Origin: Treponema sp.
GTDB lineage: Bacteria; Spirochaetota; Spirochaetia; Treponematales; Breznakiellaceae
Direction: 5' to 3'
Length of the DNA: 54,302 nucleotides
Assembly (NCBI GenBank): GCA_031255285.1
Contig: JAIRSU010000089.1
Location: 1 to 54,302, forward strand
Shown here: in pieces, positions 16,821-27,700 of the stretch
Position numbering within the stretch: the stretch's first letter is position 1
How the letters are laid out: the number at the start of each line of letters is the position of its first letter
Translations under genes and position numbers: made by a program
Notes under the pieces: generated by a model
The model's database searches: none
Told to the model about the DNA's origin: nothing
What the model saw: the letters and a program-made list of their open reading frames with translations, nothing else

Positions 16821-17765
16821 TCAAGCTTCTACTGTTAAGCCTTCGCGCGCCATGATGACATTCAGAGCATTGCCCAGATTCTTCGCGCGGTTGAGTAGTC
16901 CACACGTTGTTTTGGGACGGTAATCTTGCTCAAACTGCCCAAGCATCGCATCTGTATGGTTGGGGTCGTGGTGAAACAGGATGAGTTTTTTCACGTTGGC
17001 TTTCCGCGCTAGTTCAACTGCGTATTCATAGGTCGTATGTCCCCATCCTTGTTTGCCATTGCTGTATTCTTTTTCTGTATATTGGCTGTCATGAATCAAC
17101 ACGTCCGCATTCTTGAAGAAATCAGCTATTTTCTCGTTCTCTTCTTGCGCTGTGAGTTCGCCTTCTTGTGCCGCCTCATTGTCATAAGAAGGTGAAGTTG
17201 TATCAATAGGAAACAAGTTACGAAACGGCTCATGATCATAGGTTGTCACGATAGATTTTCCCCGGTACTCAAAACGGTAACCGAGACAGAGTACCGGATG
17301 GTTGAGGTACTTGGTTTTGACAGTAAGTCCGTTTCCTAAATCAACGATAGTCTCTCGCAACTCCGTAAATTCCATTTTTGCGGAGAGCTCGCTCATCCGT
17401 ATGGGCCAAAACTGGTAGTCGAGTTGAGTTTTCAATATAGACTCAAGGGTTTTGTTCCCGAAGGAGACGGGACCCCAGAGCCGTAGTTTTGCAGTCGGTA
17501 CAAATATGGGAGTAAAAAGCGGGAACCCTATGATATGGTCCCAGTGGGTGTGAGTGATAAAAATATCAGTGTCAATGGGGCCCTTCTTGCAATCATTTGC
17601 CATAAGGAATTCACCCAAAAGACGAGCGCCTGTTCCTAAATCAACGACGATGAGTCTTTCATCAGCCCGAATCTCAAGACAGGACGTGTTCCCGCCAAAC
17701 ACTATAGTGGAAGGACCTGGACAGGGAATTGAACCGCGTGTCCCCCAAAAACGTACCGATAACAT
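16821..17765 (-). CDS. MBL-fold metallo-hydrolase
   Basis: 314 aa with the ITHTHWDHIIGFP (HxHxDH) motif and later H/D ligands (LFHHDPNHTD). Confidence 0.8.
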   Translation of the reverse strand: MLSVRFWGTRGSIPCPGPSTIVFGGNTSCLEIRADERLIVVDLGTGARLLGEFLMANDCKKGPIDTDIFITHTHWDHIIGFPLFTPIFVPTAKLRLWGPVSFGNKTLESILKTQLDYQFWPIRMSELSAKMEFTELRETIVDLGNGLTVKTKYLNHPVLCLGYRFEYRGKSIVTTYDHEPFRNLFPIDTTSPSYDNEAAQEGELTAQEENEKIADFFKNADVLIHDSQYTEKEYSNGKQGWGHTTYEYAVELARKANVKKLILFHHDPNHTDAMLGQFEQDYRPKTTCGLLNRAKNLGNALNVIMAREGLTVEA

Positions 17766-17792
17766 AAAAACCTCCTTTGAATACCGTCTAAA

Positions 17793-18653
17793 TCACACAT
17801 GAAGAAATATTTTCGCCTTCTCAACTTCTTTTATCAAAGAATCACTGATACCCGAAAAAATGTCATTTGTAATGTCGAGTGTTGTAAAGATGATGGTATC
17901 AAGTGGTTCAGGATTAACATCACCTGAAAACTGCAAATTCTCGACGTTTACAAAGAAATTCGCCGCGGCAACAGTGAACAGAATGTCTTTGTGAGGACCT
18001 TTGTAATTTAAATAATTGTGGTGATGAACTATGACGTCACGGATAGCTCCCTCCAATTTCCATATATCGGCTATCATAAATCCTACGTCGCAATGGTTTA
18101 AGCCGAGCATTTTGTATTCTATCTCGAAGAGCGGCTCTTTTTTTTCATCAGCCGTCTCCACGATAGTCAAAAAGTCTGCCGGAATAGACTGATTCATGGG
18201 AATCTTTCCGATGTCATGTAGTAGTCCCGCGATGAAATACTCTTCAATTGATTTATGGTTAATACCTCGTTTCTCAGCGAGTAGTTTCGCCGTGACTCCT
18301 ACACAAAGAGAATGTTGCCAGAACTCCATCCTGTTGACGCCGCCTCCACTTCTTTCGGCGCGTGAAAGATTCCCTAAAATCGCAGTTGACAAGGCGAGAT
18401 TCTTCACTGTGTTCAACCCCAGCATGATGATAGCTCGTGTAAGACTGGTAATATGTTGATTCACCCCATAATACACAGAATTAATGAGCTTCAACAACTT
18501 TCCCATCAGTACCGGGTCCAGAGAGATAACTCGTGTCAAGTCCGACGGACTCGTCTTGGGGTTATCGCAAATTTCTATCACTTTTGCGACAGATGTAGGG
18601 AGACTCGGCATATCTTTTATGTAGCGTTGAATCTTATCCACCGGTTTCATCAT
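17793..18653 (-). CDS. HDOD-domain signalling protein
   Basis: 286 aa with an HDOD pattern (LPSLPTSVAKVIEI...DLTRVISLDPVL...GLLHDIGK). Its start overlaps the TPR gene stop by 4 nt. Confidence 0.8.
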   Translation of the reverse strand: MMKPVDKIQRYIKDMPSLPTSVAKVIEICDNPKTSPSDLTRVISLDPVLMGKLLKLINSVYYGVNQHITSLTRAIIMLGLNTVKNLALSTAILGNLSRAERSGGGVNRMEFWQHSLCVGVTAKLLAEKRGINHKSIEEYFIAGLLHDIGKIPMNQSIPADFLTIVETADEKKEPLFEIEYKMLGLNHCDVGFMIADIWKLEGAIRDVIVHHHNYLNYKGPHKDILFTVAAANFFVNVENLQFSGDVNPEPLDTIIFTTLDITNDIFSGISDSLIKEVEKAKIFLHV

Positions 18654-19975
18654 TTTATCGCGGAAATGGCTTTTTTGATTTTACTCGCAAGCAATGCTGC
18701 CAGAGAAGCATCTGGGATATTGCTCGTTAATTGCCCAAGATATTCAAAGAAATCGGTCAATTCCGATACTTTTAGCTCTTTTCCATTAGACTTTTCGGAC
18801 TCTCCGTTATCAGATATGTCCTCCTTCTCTCTCGACTCTGTCTCCTGAATCTCCTGTAAGATTCCGCGATGTCCTTCAAGTGTATTGATGATATGCTCGA
18901 TATTGAGACGTACATCGCTTTGAGTGAACTCCTTCCTGTTGTTTTGCGGCAGGAAAGCCGTTATATCTTTGAGGTATTTGAACAAATCTACGAGATGTTG
19001 AATGGGGACTCCCAAGTATTCACCCTGCAGGGGATTCGATTGGACTTTAGGTATATTGATACGGATGTCTGTATCCTCATCCAGCAACATATTAAACTGA
19101 GAAAAAATAAAATCATTCTTGTTCGCCTCGAGTATCTGAATGTTCGATTTAGCGTCTTCATAAGATTCTCGCGTTTCAAGCGCCTTGTGAAAGTGGCTCA
19201 AGGCTTCTTCTTTGAAACCTTGTTTTGCCAAAACCACACCAAGATTGTTCCACGCCTCTGGGTTTAACGGGTCTTCATCCAAAATAAGGTCAAATGATCC
19301 GCCCGCGTGATCAAGGTGACCCAATCTCACCTGTATCACGCCAAGGTTATTCAGGGCAGACGTCCAAAACGGCTTAAGCTCCAGAGCGACTTCGTATTCG
19401 TGCGCTGCTTCGCTCAACATGTTCACCGAAGACAAAGCAATAGCATAGTTGTAGCGCAATTTCGGGTCTTTTCCCGCGAGGTTCACGCCCTGGCGGAGAA
19501 TGTTCACTGCCTTATTGTACTCATGGCTCTCGAAGTAAACGATGCCCAAGTTATTGTAAGCAGGCGCAAAACAGGAGTCAAATTCAATCACTTTCGCATA
19601 GGCCATGAAAGCGGCTTTCAGATTACCTTCAAGTATTTGGATACCGGCTATATGGTAATAGAATTCCGTCCGGTTTTGGTCAAGTTCTGCCGCTTCGTTG
19701 AATATACCAAGCGCATCTTTGAGCTTGTTTTGTCTGCGATAGACGAAGGCAAGAACGTTCAAAGCATCTATGTCGCGAGGATCTTTTTCAATCATGTCCA
19801 GTAGCTCGGTTTCGGCTTCGGCAAATCGGGTGCTTTTCGCAAATATGATACTCTTGAGGTAATGCGCTAACCTGTCGTCGCTCTTTTGGAGGATGCTCTG
19901 CAACAACTTTTCAGCATCTGTAAAAACACCATTGTTGATGAGTTTGACGACCTTGTTTATCTCGAAATTATTCAT
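18650..19975 (-). CDS. TPR-repeat protein
   Basis: 441 aa with multiple 34-aa TPR-like units (A..YNNLG..Y....Y..A...). SD is AAGGAGAAGG. Confidence 0.8.
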   Translation of the reverse strand: MNNFEINKVVKLINNGVFTDAEKLLQSILQKSDDRLAHYLKSIIFAKSTRFAEAETELLDMIEKDPRDIDALNVLAFVYRRQNKLKDALGIFNEAAELDQNRTEFYYHIAGIQILEGNLKAAFMAYAKVIEFDSCFAPAYNNLGIVYFESHEYNKAVNILRQGVNLAGKDPKLRYNYAIALSSVNMLSEAAHEYEVALELKPFWTSALNNLGVIQVRLGHLDHAGGSFDLILDEDPLNPEAWNNLGVVLAKQGFKEEALSHFHKALETRESYEDAKSNIQILEANKNDFIFSQFNMLLDEDTDIRINIPKVQSNPLQGEYLGVPIQHLVDLFKYLKDITAFLPQNNRKEFTQSDVRLNIEHIINTLEGHRGILQEIQETESREKEDISDNGESEKSNGKELKVSELTDFFEYLGQLTSNIPDASLAALLASKIKKAISAIK

Positions 19976-20028
19976 GTCCTTCTCCTTAAAATATAATTAA
20001 CCACGGGCAGACGGTTAATTTCCGTATC

Positions 20029-21573
20029 TCATTCGCTCCGCAGTGGACGTGCTGACACTTCTCGCGAAAACATCCCCAGATGGGGCGGACTCAAGCTATC
20101 GTAAGCAGAGACCGCAAAGTAATAAAGCGTTCCGTTCTTTAAACCGTCAATACGTACGCCTGTTTTATTCCCCACGTCAATAGGCGATACACCTTGAAGG
20201 GCGTCTTCTCCGAAATACTCTCCTGCATGCTCTCCATAATACACAAAATAACCTGTTGTATCAATATCAGGACTATTTTTCCACGTAAGAATAACAGCTC
20301 CGTCTTTAGCCATGGCTGTAACCATCGTTGGCGGCAGAGGCGGCTCGTCAGGTTTGTAGACGATACTGATTTCGTCCAAGTAAGGACTTGCTTCTCTATC
20401 TCCGCTTGGATAGAATTGCACGGCTATCTGTACATATCTCCCCCGCGTATTGTCCAAATTCTTGCCTGGCATAAAGACGCGCCAATCATCGCTCCACACA
20501 TAGGGGGACTCGGAGGAGCGGATGAAAAACTGTAGTTCCGCGTCGTCTGAAAAACGTCGTATATTCCCACCCGCGAATTCACTACGCGGTATGTTATTAT
20601 GAGTGAACATTCTACCCGTCGAAGCATCCACACGGACGACAACACTGTTCGGTTCGCCTAAGTCAATAGTTCGCGTTTCTACACGGCCGCCCCTTCCTGG
20701 ATATTTAGCAGTGCTTGCATCTGCAAAATCCGAATGAAGACAGAACTCGTCCACCAGACCAGTGAATCTATCGCCTATTGTAAGAATGCCGTTTTCTCCT
20801 ATCAGCGGCGTCCACACTTCACCGCCTTCCCGCGCCGTACTTGTCGCGTAAGCAACGGCTTCGGGCTGTCCATTGACCATATATTCGAGAAGTCCTGTCT
20901 GAGAGTCGAAACGGATGATGTGGTGAGACCAAGCTTTGGGGACAACGGGTGAAGTTCCGACAAGAGTAATTTCCCGTTGTGGCGTATCGCCTGCGGGCGT
21001 TATGAAAAATCCCGAAAACGTCCACTGAAAACGATTCTTTACGGATATACATAAGATACGCTGGCTTGCGTAACCCTCTGGAGATCGGGTCGCCGCGGAC
21101 CATTGGAGAAGCTGTTCACCGTTTCCCATATTGAAGGGTTGAACCCAAAATTCTATGGAAAAGTCGCCCCAGCGCCTGCCCGGTGAGAGTTGTGCCGCCG
21201 CCGATGCAGGTTTTATCGCGACGCCCTTGTCTCCAAAAAGACGTGCCGCGCCTTTGCCCATACGAGCTGGTAAAGCGCCTGCCTGATCTGTCCTGCCCTG
21301 TACCTCCACCGTATAGCGCCCCTGCTTGTCATAAAAATTTGACGATTGGACTTCATCAAAACTGATGAACATATCCGCCTCCGGATACGCCGATTTTATC
21401 GGTGCAAGGGCAAGCACAGCCCACGGTCTCTGCGACTCCGACTCCATAACACTGTCTCGCTTTTCAAACAGAGACCATCCTACACCTGCGCCTATTTTGA
21501 AGACTTGCTCACCTATTGCAAAAAGATAGTAGGTAGAGAATATAAAAACAACCAAACAGAGCTTCTTTTTCAT
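20029..21573 (-). CDS. Secreted protein with LamG/concanavalin-like region and C-terminal fibronectin type III domain
   Basis: 514 aa with an N-terminal signal (MKKKLCLVVFIFSTYYLFA) and a C-terminal FN3 pattern (AVILTWKNSPDIDTTGYFVYYG...GTLYYFAVSAYD). Confidence 0.7.
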   Translation of the reverse strand: MKKKLCLVVFIFSTYYLFAIGEQVFKIGAGVGWSLFEKRDSVMESESQRPWAVLALAPIKSAYPEADMFISFDEVQSSNFYDKQGRYTVEVQGRTDQAGALPARMGKGAARLFGDKGVAIKPASAAAQLSPGRRWGDFSIEFWVQPFNMGNGEQLLQWSAATRSPEGYASQRILCISVKNRFQWTFSGFFITPAGDTPQREITLVGTSPVVPKAWSHHIIRFDSQTGLLEYMVNGQPEAVAYATSTAREGGEVWTPLIGENGILTIGDRFTGLVDEFCLHSDFADASTAKYPGRGGRVETRTIDLGEPNSVVVRVDASTGRMFTHNNIPRSEFAGGNIRRFSDDAELQFFIRSSESPYVWSDDWRVFMPGKNLDNTRGRYVQIAVQFYPSGDREASPYLDEISIVYKPDEPPLPPTMVTAMAKDGAVILTWKNSPDIDTTGYFVYYGEHAGEYFGEDALQGVSPIDVGNKTGVRIDGLKNGTLYYFAVSAYDSLSPPHLGMFSREVSARPLRSE

Positions 21574-21857
21574 ACATTCTCTCTATTATCTATTATATTT
21601 TGCGTTAAGTCAACTAGTAAATTTAAATTGTTCTCTAACGAGAGGTGGAAATATAATTTTACAATGTGATAAAGAAACCCCATCATTCACCAAGGCATTG
21701 AAGACTTCTCTCTGAAGTCTCCATATATGCGGGAAATCAATCCCGTACACCCTCATGTTTACGCCCTAAAAGACAGAAAATTAACTCCCGGAGATTAGAA
21801 AATATGGTGTTCAACTCAAAAACGGATATTTTCTCTCTAATTTCCGCGATAACGACC

Positions 21858-21886
21858 TTGCTTATTTCCCATAGACATATTATAAT
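21858..21886 (+). promoter_or_regulatory. Promoter abutting the ATG of the lipid kinase gene
   Basis: TTGCTT-17 nt-TATAAT-9 nt-ATG (21896). Confidence 0.5.
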
Positions 21887-21895
21887 GGACTAATT

Positions 21896-22846
21896 ATGGC
21901 TCAAAACAAGAGAAAACTATTTATTATTCTTAACCCTATTGCAGGGAAAGGGAAAGCCATAAAAGCTTATCCCCAAATTGAGAATTTCCTGAAGAAGATG
22001 AATGTTGATTTTGAGATAGTACTGACAGAAAAACCCGGACACGCCTTGGAGATTGCGCGCGGGAAGGCTGATGCATCCGATATTGTGACGGTTGCGGCTG
22101 GTGGAGACGGTACGTGTAATGAGGTGGTGAATGGGCTTTTGACTAGACAGGACGCCGCGAGCTCTGGGCCTTTGTTTCTTGGTATTCTGCCCATAGGGCG
22201 GGGCAATGACTTTGCCTACAGTGCACAAATGCCGCATGAGATAGAAAAGGCGCTCGAAATTCTCTTGGAAGGTGTTGCTATTCCCCTTGATGTAGGGCTT
22301 GTACATGGGGGCTTCTTTCCTAATGGTAGATATTTCGTCAACGGCGTAGGCATAGGTTTTGATACGAAAGTAGGCTTTGAAGCCGCAAAGATGAATATCC
22401 ATAGTTCGCTGGGATATGTTTTCGGCGCAGTCATCACGGTCGCTAAATTTGAGCCGTCTCCCGTTCTGGAGATTCACCGCGACGACGAGACCTTTATCGA
22501 ACCCTCCGCCATCGTGTCTGTTGTGAACGGCAGACGTATGGGCGGCTCCTTCTTTATGGGTCCTAACGCTCTTCTCAACGACGGATTGTTGGACTTCTGC
22601 ACTATCAGGCATCCACATTCGAGAAGGCGGCTCATCAGCATCGTCCTCAAGTACTTCAAGGGCAGACAGACCGAATGTGAGGAGGCGACCGCCGGGCGGG
22701 GCGCCCATTTCTTTCTCAAGGCGCTGGAAGGGGGTATGTCCGCGCATTGTGACGGGGAAACCATCTGTTTCGATGGTAAAGAGCTGACGATAACCTGTAT
22801 CCCAAATGCCTTGCGCCTCATTAGTAGAAGTAAATTTATAAAATAG
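21896..22846 (+). CDS. Diacylglycerol-kinase-family lipid kinase (YegS/BmrU-like)
   Basis: 316 aa with the DAGK catalytic motif AAGGDGTCNEVVNG and LGILPIGRGNDFA. Confidence 0.85.
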   Translation: MAQNKRKLFIILNPIAGKGKAIKAYPQIENFLKKMNVDFEIVLTEKPGHALEIARGKADASDIVTVAAGGDGTCNEVVNGLLTRQDAASSGPLFLGILPIGRGNDFAYSAQMPHEIEKALEILLEGVAIPLDVGLVHGGFFPNGRYFVNGVGIGFDTKVGFEAAKMNIHSSLGYVFGAVITVAKFEPSPVLEIHRDDETFIEPSAIVSVVNGRRMGGSFFMGPNALLNDGLLDFCTIRHPHSRRRLISIVLKYFKGRQTECEEATAGRGAHFFLKALEGGMSAHCDGETICFDGKELTITCIPNALRLISRSKFIK

Positions 22847-22945
22847 TAAAGTTAAGAAGAAACAGAGATAGGGCGCTATTAGAGAGCTCCTTGCTGATTT
22901 TACGATTCCTGTCCTTAACGTCTGTTTCTTCAGAGGTTCTTTCTT

Positions 22946-23650
22946 ATGAATAAAATCAGACGAGCTATTGTGAATGCAGTTCTAAAAAGGATTCTTGACA
23001 CACTTTGCAAGATAGACAGTAAAGAGTTCACCGATGTCTTAACTCATATGCGCGTTGCATCACAGCCTCTTATTCTTGCGATAAATCATATTAATTTCTT
23101 GGAAGTGCCGATTCTCGTGGCGCATAGTTATCCGCTGTTGCTCACCGGGTTGGTGAAAGCTGAGACGTGGAAGAATCCCCTCATGGCGTTCATATTTGAC
23201 ACTTACGAAGCTATACCCATTGACCGTAAAGGTTCCATTAGGGAAGCTTTCAAGGGAGCGCGAGAGGCGTTGTCAAGAGGCTTTTTCGTATGTATTGCGC
23301 CGGAGGGCACCAGAAGCAGGACCGGCGTTTTGGGCAAAGGGAAAGCGGGAGTTGTCCAATTATCCCTTGACACGGGAGTAGCGGTGCTTCCTGTCGTTCA
23401 TTATGGCGGAGAGAATATTTGGAGAAACCTCAGGCGTTTCAAACGGACGCCCTTCCGGTTCAAAGTTGGACGTCCATTCAAGTTCAAGCCCGATGGACAT
23501 GTTGACAAGGCGATGCGTGAGATACTACTCGATGAACTTATGGGGCAGATGGCGCAGCTACTCCCAGAAGAGTTGCGCGGACATTATAGAGAACAGGCGC
23601 AAAAAGAGGCGCAATACTTAGAATTTCTCAATTATCCACCCGGCGCGTAG
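22946..23650 (+). CDS. Lysophospholipid (1-acyl-glycerol-3-phosphate-type) acyltransferase
   Basis: 234 aa with NHINFLE (Hx4[D/E]) and IAPEGTRS motifs. Confidence 0.8.
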   Translation: MNKIRRAIVNAVLKRILDTLCKIDSKEFTDVLTHMRVASQPLILAINHINFLEVPILVAHSYPLLLTGLVKAETWKNPLMAFIFDTYEAIPIDRKGSIREAFKGAREALSRGFFVCIAPEGTRSRTGVLGKGKAGVVQLSLDTGVAVLPVVHYGGENIWRNLRRFKRTPFRFKVGRPFKFKPDGHVDKAMREILLDELMGQMAQLLPEELRGHYREQAQKEAQYLEFLNYPPGA

Positions 23651-23694
23651 GCATGAAATATAAATCAGAATTTAAATAAGAGGTTAATAAATGT

Positions 23695-24375
23695 ATGATT
23701 CATATCTTTGACGTTGATTACACGTTAATCAGAAAATCGACGGCGTATTACTTCCTTTTAGAAGCCGTCGTACAAAAGAGAATTTCGTTGAAACAGTTAG
23801 GGAACCTTCCCTTGGACTGGCTTCGTTATAAATTCGGCGCGATTCATTTTGATTTTATTGAGAAAGCTGTTTCTCACATGGCTGGAATCGATGAGTCGGC
23901 AATAGACGAAGTGGCGGAGAATTGTTTTGAGCATCGACTGCGGTACAACATTTATCAGGAAGCGGAGCGACTCATCAGGCAGATTCAGGACGAAGGCGGC
24001 GAGGCGGTATTGGCGACTTCGTCTTTCTACAACCTCATCCGGCCTTTGGAGAGATTTTTAGGCGTCAAGGAGTCTATCGCCAGCCGTTTAGAATTTGAGA
24101 ATGGAAAAACCACCGGTAGAATAGACGGCAAAGCGCTCTTCGGTGCGAACAAGAAAGAGGCTGTTGAAGAATGGCTCAAGAAACGCTCCATTACTTTGCA
24201 AGACCTGTGTTTTTATTCGGATTCTTATACGGACATTCCGCTCTTGTCGGCGGTTGGACGTCCAGTCGCCGTGAATCCAGACCGCTTCCTCCGTCGGAAG
24301 GCTTGTCAAGATAACTGGTGCATACTCCAATTTCGAGAACTTCCCAGTCGGTCGGACAGGTCTCGCCTGTTTTAA
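23695..24375 (+). CDS. HAD-IB family hydrolase (SerB-like phosphatase family)
   Basis: 226 aa with IFDVDYTLI (DxDxT), LATSS and YSDSYTDIPLL motifs. Confidence 0.8.
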   Translation: MIHIFDVDYTLIRKSTAYYFLLEAVVQKRISLKQLGNLPLDWLRYKFGAIHFDFIEKAVSHMAGIDESAIDEVAENCFEHRLRYNIYQEAERLIRQIQDEGGEAVLATSSFYNLIRPLERFLGVKESIASRLEFENGKTTGRIDGKALFGANKKEAVEEWLKKRSITLQDLCFYSDSYTDIPLLSAVGRPVAVNPDRFLRRKACQDNWCILQFRELPSRSDRSRLF

Positions 24376-24503
24376 AAGCTTCACAACAGTTATTGTCTAA
24401 AAGGGGAGGGCAGGGGATGCACTTCCCAAAACACCGAGGGCTGGAGTGCTTTTTGCCGTGCCCTCGCGGGGGAGCCCGCAGCCGTCAGATGGGTCAACGG
24501 AGC

Positions 24504-24560
24504 CTCTTTTCGGATGATACCATTGTAAAGCCAGAACAGGCGAGGCGTAGCCTGCGAGAG
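24504..24560 (+). repeat. Dispersed intergenic repeat, copy B
   Basis: CTCTTTTCGGATGATACC...ACAGGCGAGGCGTAGCCTGCGAGAG aligns with copy A (5789-5845). The hairpin arms are retained (CAGGC/GCCTG) but the loop is enlarged. Confidence 0.6.
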
Positions 24561-24744
24561 AGATTAACCGTGTGTTTGCGGCTTTATACTGTACGCCGAG
24601 ACTTTCTAAAAGGCGGAAAAACAAAAAAGGACTCCTGTAATATGCGCGAAGAGAAATAGACTCGTACGACTTCTTTGAGCGCCTACGGCGGGTATGAGGA
24701 AGGCTTGGCGCAAGTCGGACCACTGTTTTGTGTAAAAAATGTCC

Positions 24745-24772
24745 TTGCAAGAAGCGAAATTTGGTATATAAT
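24745..24772 (+). promoter_or_regulatory. Promoter abutting the start of the large regulator gene
   Basis: TTGCAA-16 nt-TATAAT, directly followed by ATG 24773 and ATG 24779. Confidence 0.55.
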
Positions 24773-24778
24773 ATGAAT

Positions 24779-27700
24779 ATGGTAGAAAAGAATAAAATCG
24801 GTCTGGTTCTCGCTTCAATACACACCGGTTCGGCCTGCGGAGTCTGGTCTCATTTTGCGCGGGCCGCGATGGACGAGAATACCAGTCTCTTTGTGTTTCC
24901 CGGAGGTAAGCTCAACGCTTCGGATAATATGGAATACCTGCGCAATCCTATCTACTCATTGGCTAACGCCCAGAATCTCGATGGGTTGATAAGTTGGAGT
25001 TCCTCTATTGGCTGTTCCAGTCCTTCCGAACTCTCCGACTTCCACCGCTTCTTTGAAGATCTGCCCTACACGACCATCTCGGACAAGCTTGATGGACACC
25101 CCTGTGTGTGTTTTGACGCATACGACGGCATGAAGAGCCTAACTCGTTACTTCATACAAACAGGATCGCGGCGTATTGCTTTTTTGAGAGGTCCGGTCTC
25201 GCACCACTCGGCTATGGACCGGTATCAAGGTTTTCGAGACGCGCTTTCGGAGTCTGGACTCTTTTGCGATGAGAGACTCGTAAGCGAGCCCTTTGATTGG
25301 GCGCGCGGGGCGTCTGCGTGCGTTCAGCTCTTTGTGTCCCGGGGATTAAGGCCGGCACGGGACTTTGACACACTGATTGGTTCGAGTGACTTGATGACCC
25401 TACCCGCTATTCGCTATCTTCAGAAGCAAGGATTCTCTCCGAATTCATACCGGGCCGGCGGGTTTAACAACTCCATTGAAAGCCAGATAACCCCCTTTTC
25501 GACGGTAGAAATCCCTTATACGAAGATGAGCGCCGAGTCGTTCAAGACCCTCAAAGCCTTGATGGAAGACCCTGAACACGGCGGTAAGGACGTGCTTCTA
25601 CCCTGCCGCCTCGTGGTCAGACCCTGTGAAAGAAAAGGCGGAACACAGGGAAGTCTGGACATACAAGACCGGGAAGCTTTTGCCGCCGCTCTCGCTTCTA
25701 CTATTGAGCGGGAGGGGGGGGACCCTCAGAAGGGGGTATTCCTTGAAACAGCAACGAGACTATGTACAGAGATTCTTGACCGTTATGAAGATATTGGTTG
25801 TTTCTTCGAGGTTTTCGATTATGCGTGTGAGAGAATCGGCATTGGACATACGCTCGAATCCGAAACGTACCGAGCGGTTTCCTGCCTACAGGAACAGCGT
25901 TATGTTCTGTCCTTGCATGAAAGGGAAGAGAGGAACAGTGCGCTGAATTCCTTCAAGTGTGAATTACTCGGCATAAAAGACAGGAAGTCTCTGGTGGAGA
26001 GCGCCGCCCGACACCTCCCCAGAATAGGAGTGACAACCGCGCTTCTAGTCATCTACAAGGATGAAGATATGTCTGAATACATCGGCAGCTTCTCCTCTCA
26101 AGGTGTCAATATCACTCCACACCTCTTTCCTGCGCGCCGCCTCTTCCCATCGGACGTCAAGAAACACTTTGAGAGCGGAATCTTTCTGGTTCAGCCCCTG
26201 TTCATCGAGAATCAACCGCTTGGTTATTTTGTTCATAACATCCCGTTCTTTGACGGGGTGATTCTGGAAGAACTCCGCTCTGCGATAAGCAACGCTTTCA
26301 AAGGCATTGCTTTTTTTGAAGAGACCTTTCATGCGAAACAACTCGCCGAAAGTTCAGAGCGCGCAAAGACCGAGTTTTTTGCAAACGTGGGAAATAACCT
26401 GAGCGAACTGTTTCAAGAAGTTATCTCTGCGGTTAATAACCTTATGGCGGAGGCGCCTTTAGAGCAAAGCCCGGAACTTTTCGGCAAGCTAAAAGCCCTT
26501 CAGAACCTCATCACGGATCGTCAGAATCATATGCACCGCTTGATAGAGTTAGCCGTATCCCAGACTGACGTCCAGTCCTCCAAGAAAACCCTGTTTAATA
26601 TCCGCTCTGTTCTCCCTGAATTGGAAGGAGAATTCCCGCTATTGACAGGAGATGAAGAGCTTCTCTCCCATGTATTCGCGCTCGCAAAGAGCCAGTATCG
26701 GGATAAGCTCACCGCGCATTTCCACGAGAGAGGGCTTGAGATTCGCTTCACAGGGGGAGATGCAGAGCTGGCAAGATGGACCTGCGCCATAATAGAGCGT
26801 ATCGCGCTCATGCACGGCGGAAGTGCGGTCTACAACGAAAAGTCTTGTTCTATCACACTCCCCTGGACCACGTTTTCAGGGCGGACAATCGAACCAGCCA
26901 ACGCCAAAGGCAGAGTCGTGCTGTTATTGAACGATGTCCCTGTTAATGTGAAGGCGCTGTTCGGTCTTCCAGTTACCAGAAACGTGGAGAAAGCCTTAAA
27001 TATACCCCACAGAATCGGTTTCATCCTGTGTTCAATCCATACAGACCATGCAGACGCGGAACACGAAGGTTTTTCTCCTGTCAAACTAGGATCTCTCTTC
27101 CGTGCGCATCCGGAATTCCTCCAAACTCCGCTTTTATGCTTCAGCGGCGAGCTCAATGGGGAGACCATAAGCCAGGCTCTGGAAGAGAAGAATTCCATGA
27201 ACGGCAATATACTATTTATTGAAGGACAGGAAGGTCTGGCGTCCGGCGAGCTTTCCAGCGGGGAACTCCTGTCCGCGTGGATAGACGGAGGCATGAGGGT
27301 GAACGCCGCGTCTTCAGAAGATTTCTTCAATGCGGTTTCCAAAGTTACACCGGACGTCATCAGCCTTGGGAGCATAGACATTGAGATGATAAAGAGCATC
27401 CGCAATCATCCGGCAACTACCATGACGCCCATTGTCGTGGTCCCCGAACACATAAAGTCGCTCGAACTCGTCAAGGAACTCAGCAAATACTCACGGGTGA
27501 TATTATGCAACCGTTCTATAGCCGGCTCTTCGGCGTTCTGCAAACGCATAAAAGCCATAGCCGCAGGCGACTCTATCCTTCCTCTGTTCACCGGCGCTCT
27601 GGTAAAGAAAGCCATCCTCTACTTCAATCAGTACGCACACAAACACATTTTCCGCTGGAAGCTCGCGGATGCGGTGGGCAGTAGTGAAGACTACATCACC

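Noticed and set aside
21917-22747. 276-aa antisense ORF inside the lipid kinase gene
   Set aside because: The plus-strand product has clear DAGK motifs (GGDGT). The antisense product is low-complexity with no motifs, so it is a typical shadow ORF. The same reasoning applies to 7328-7885, 9841-10521, 26830-27405, 41944-42609, 45365-45904, 46221-46718 and 3871-4470.
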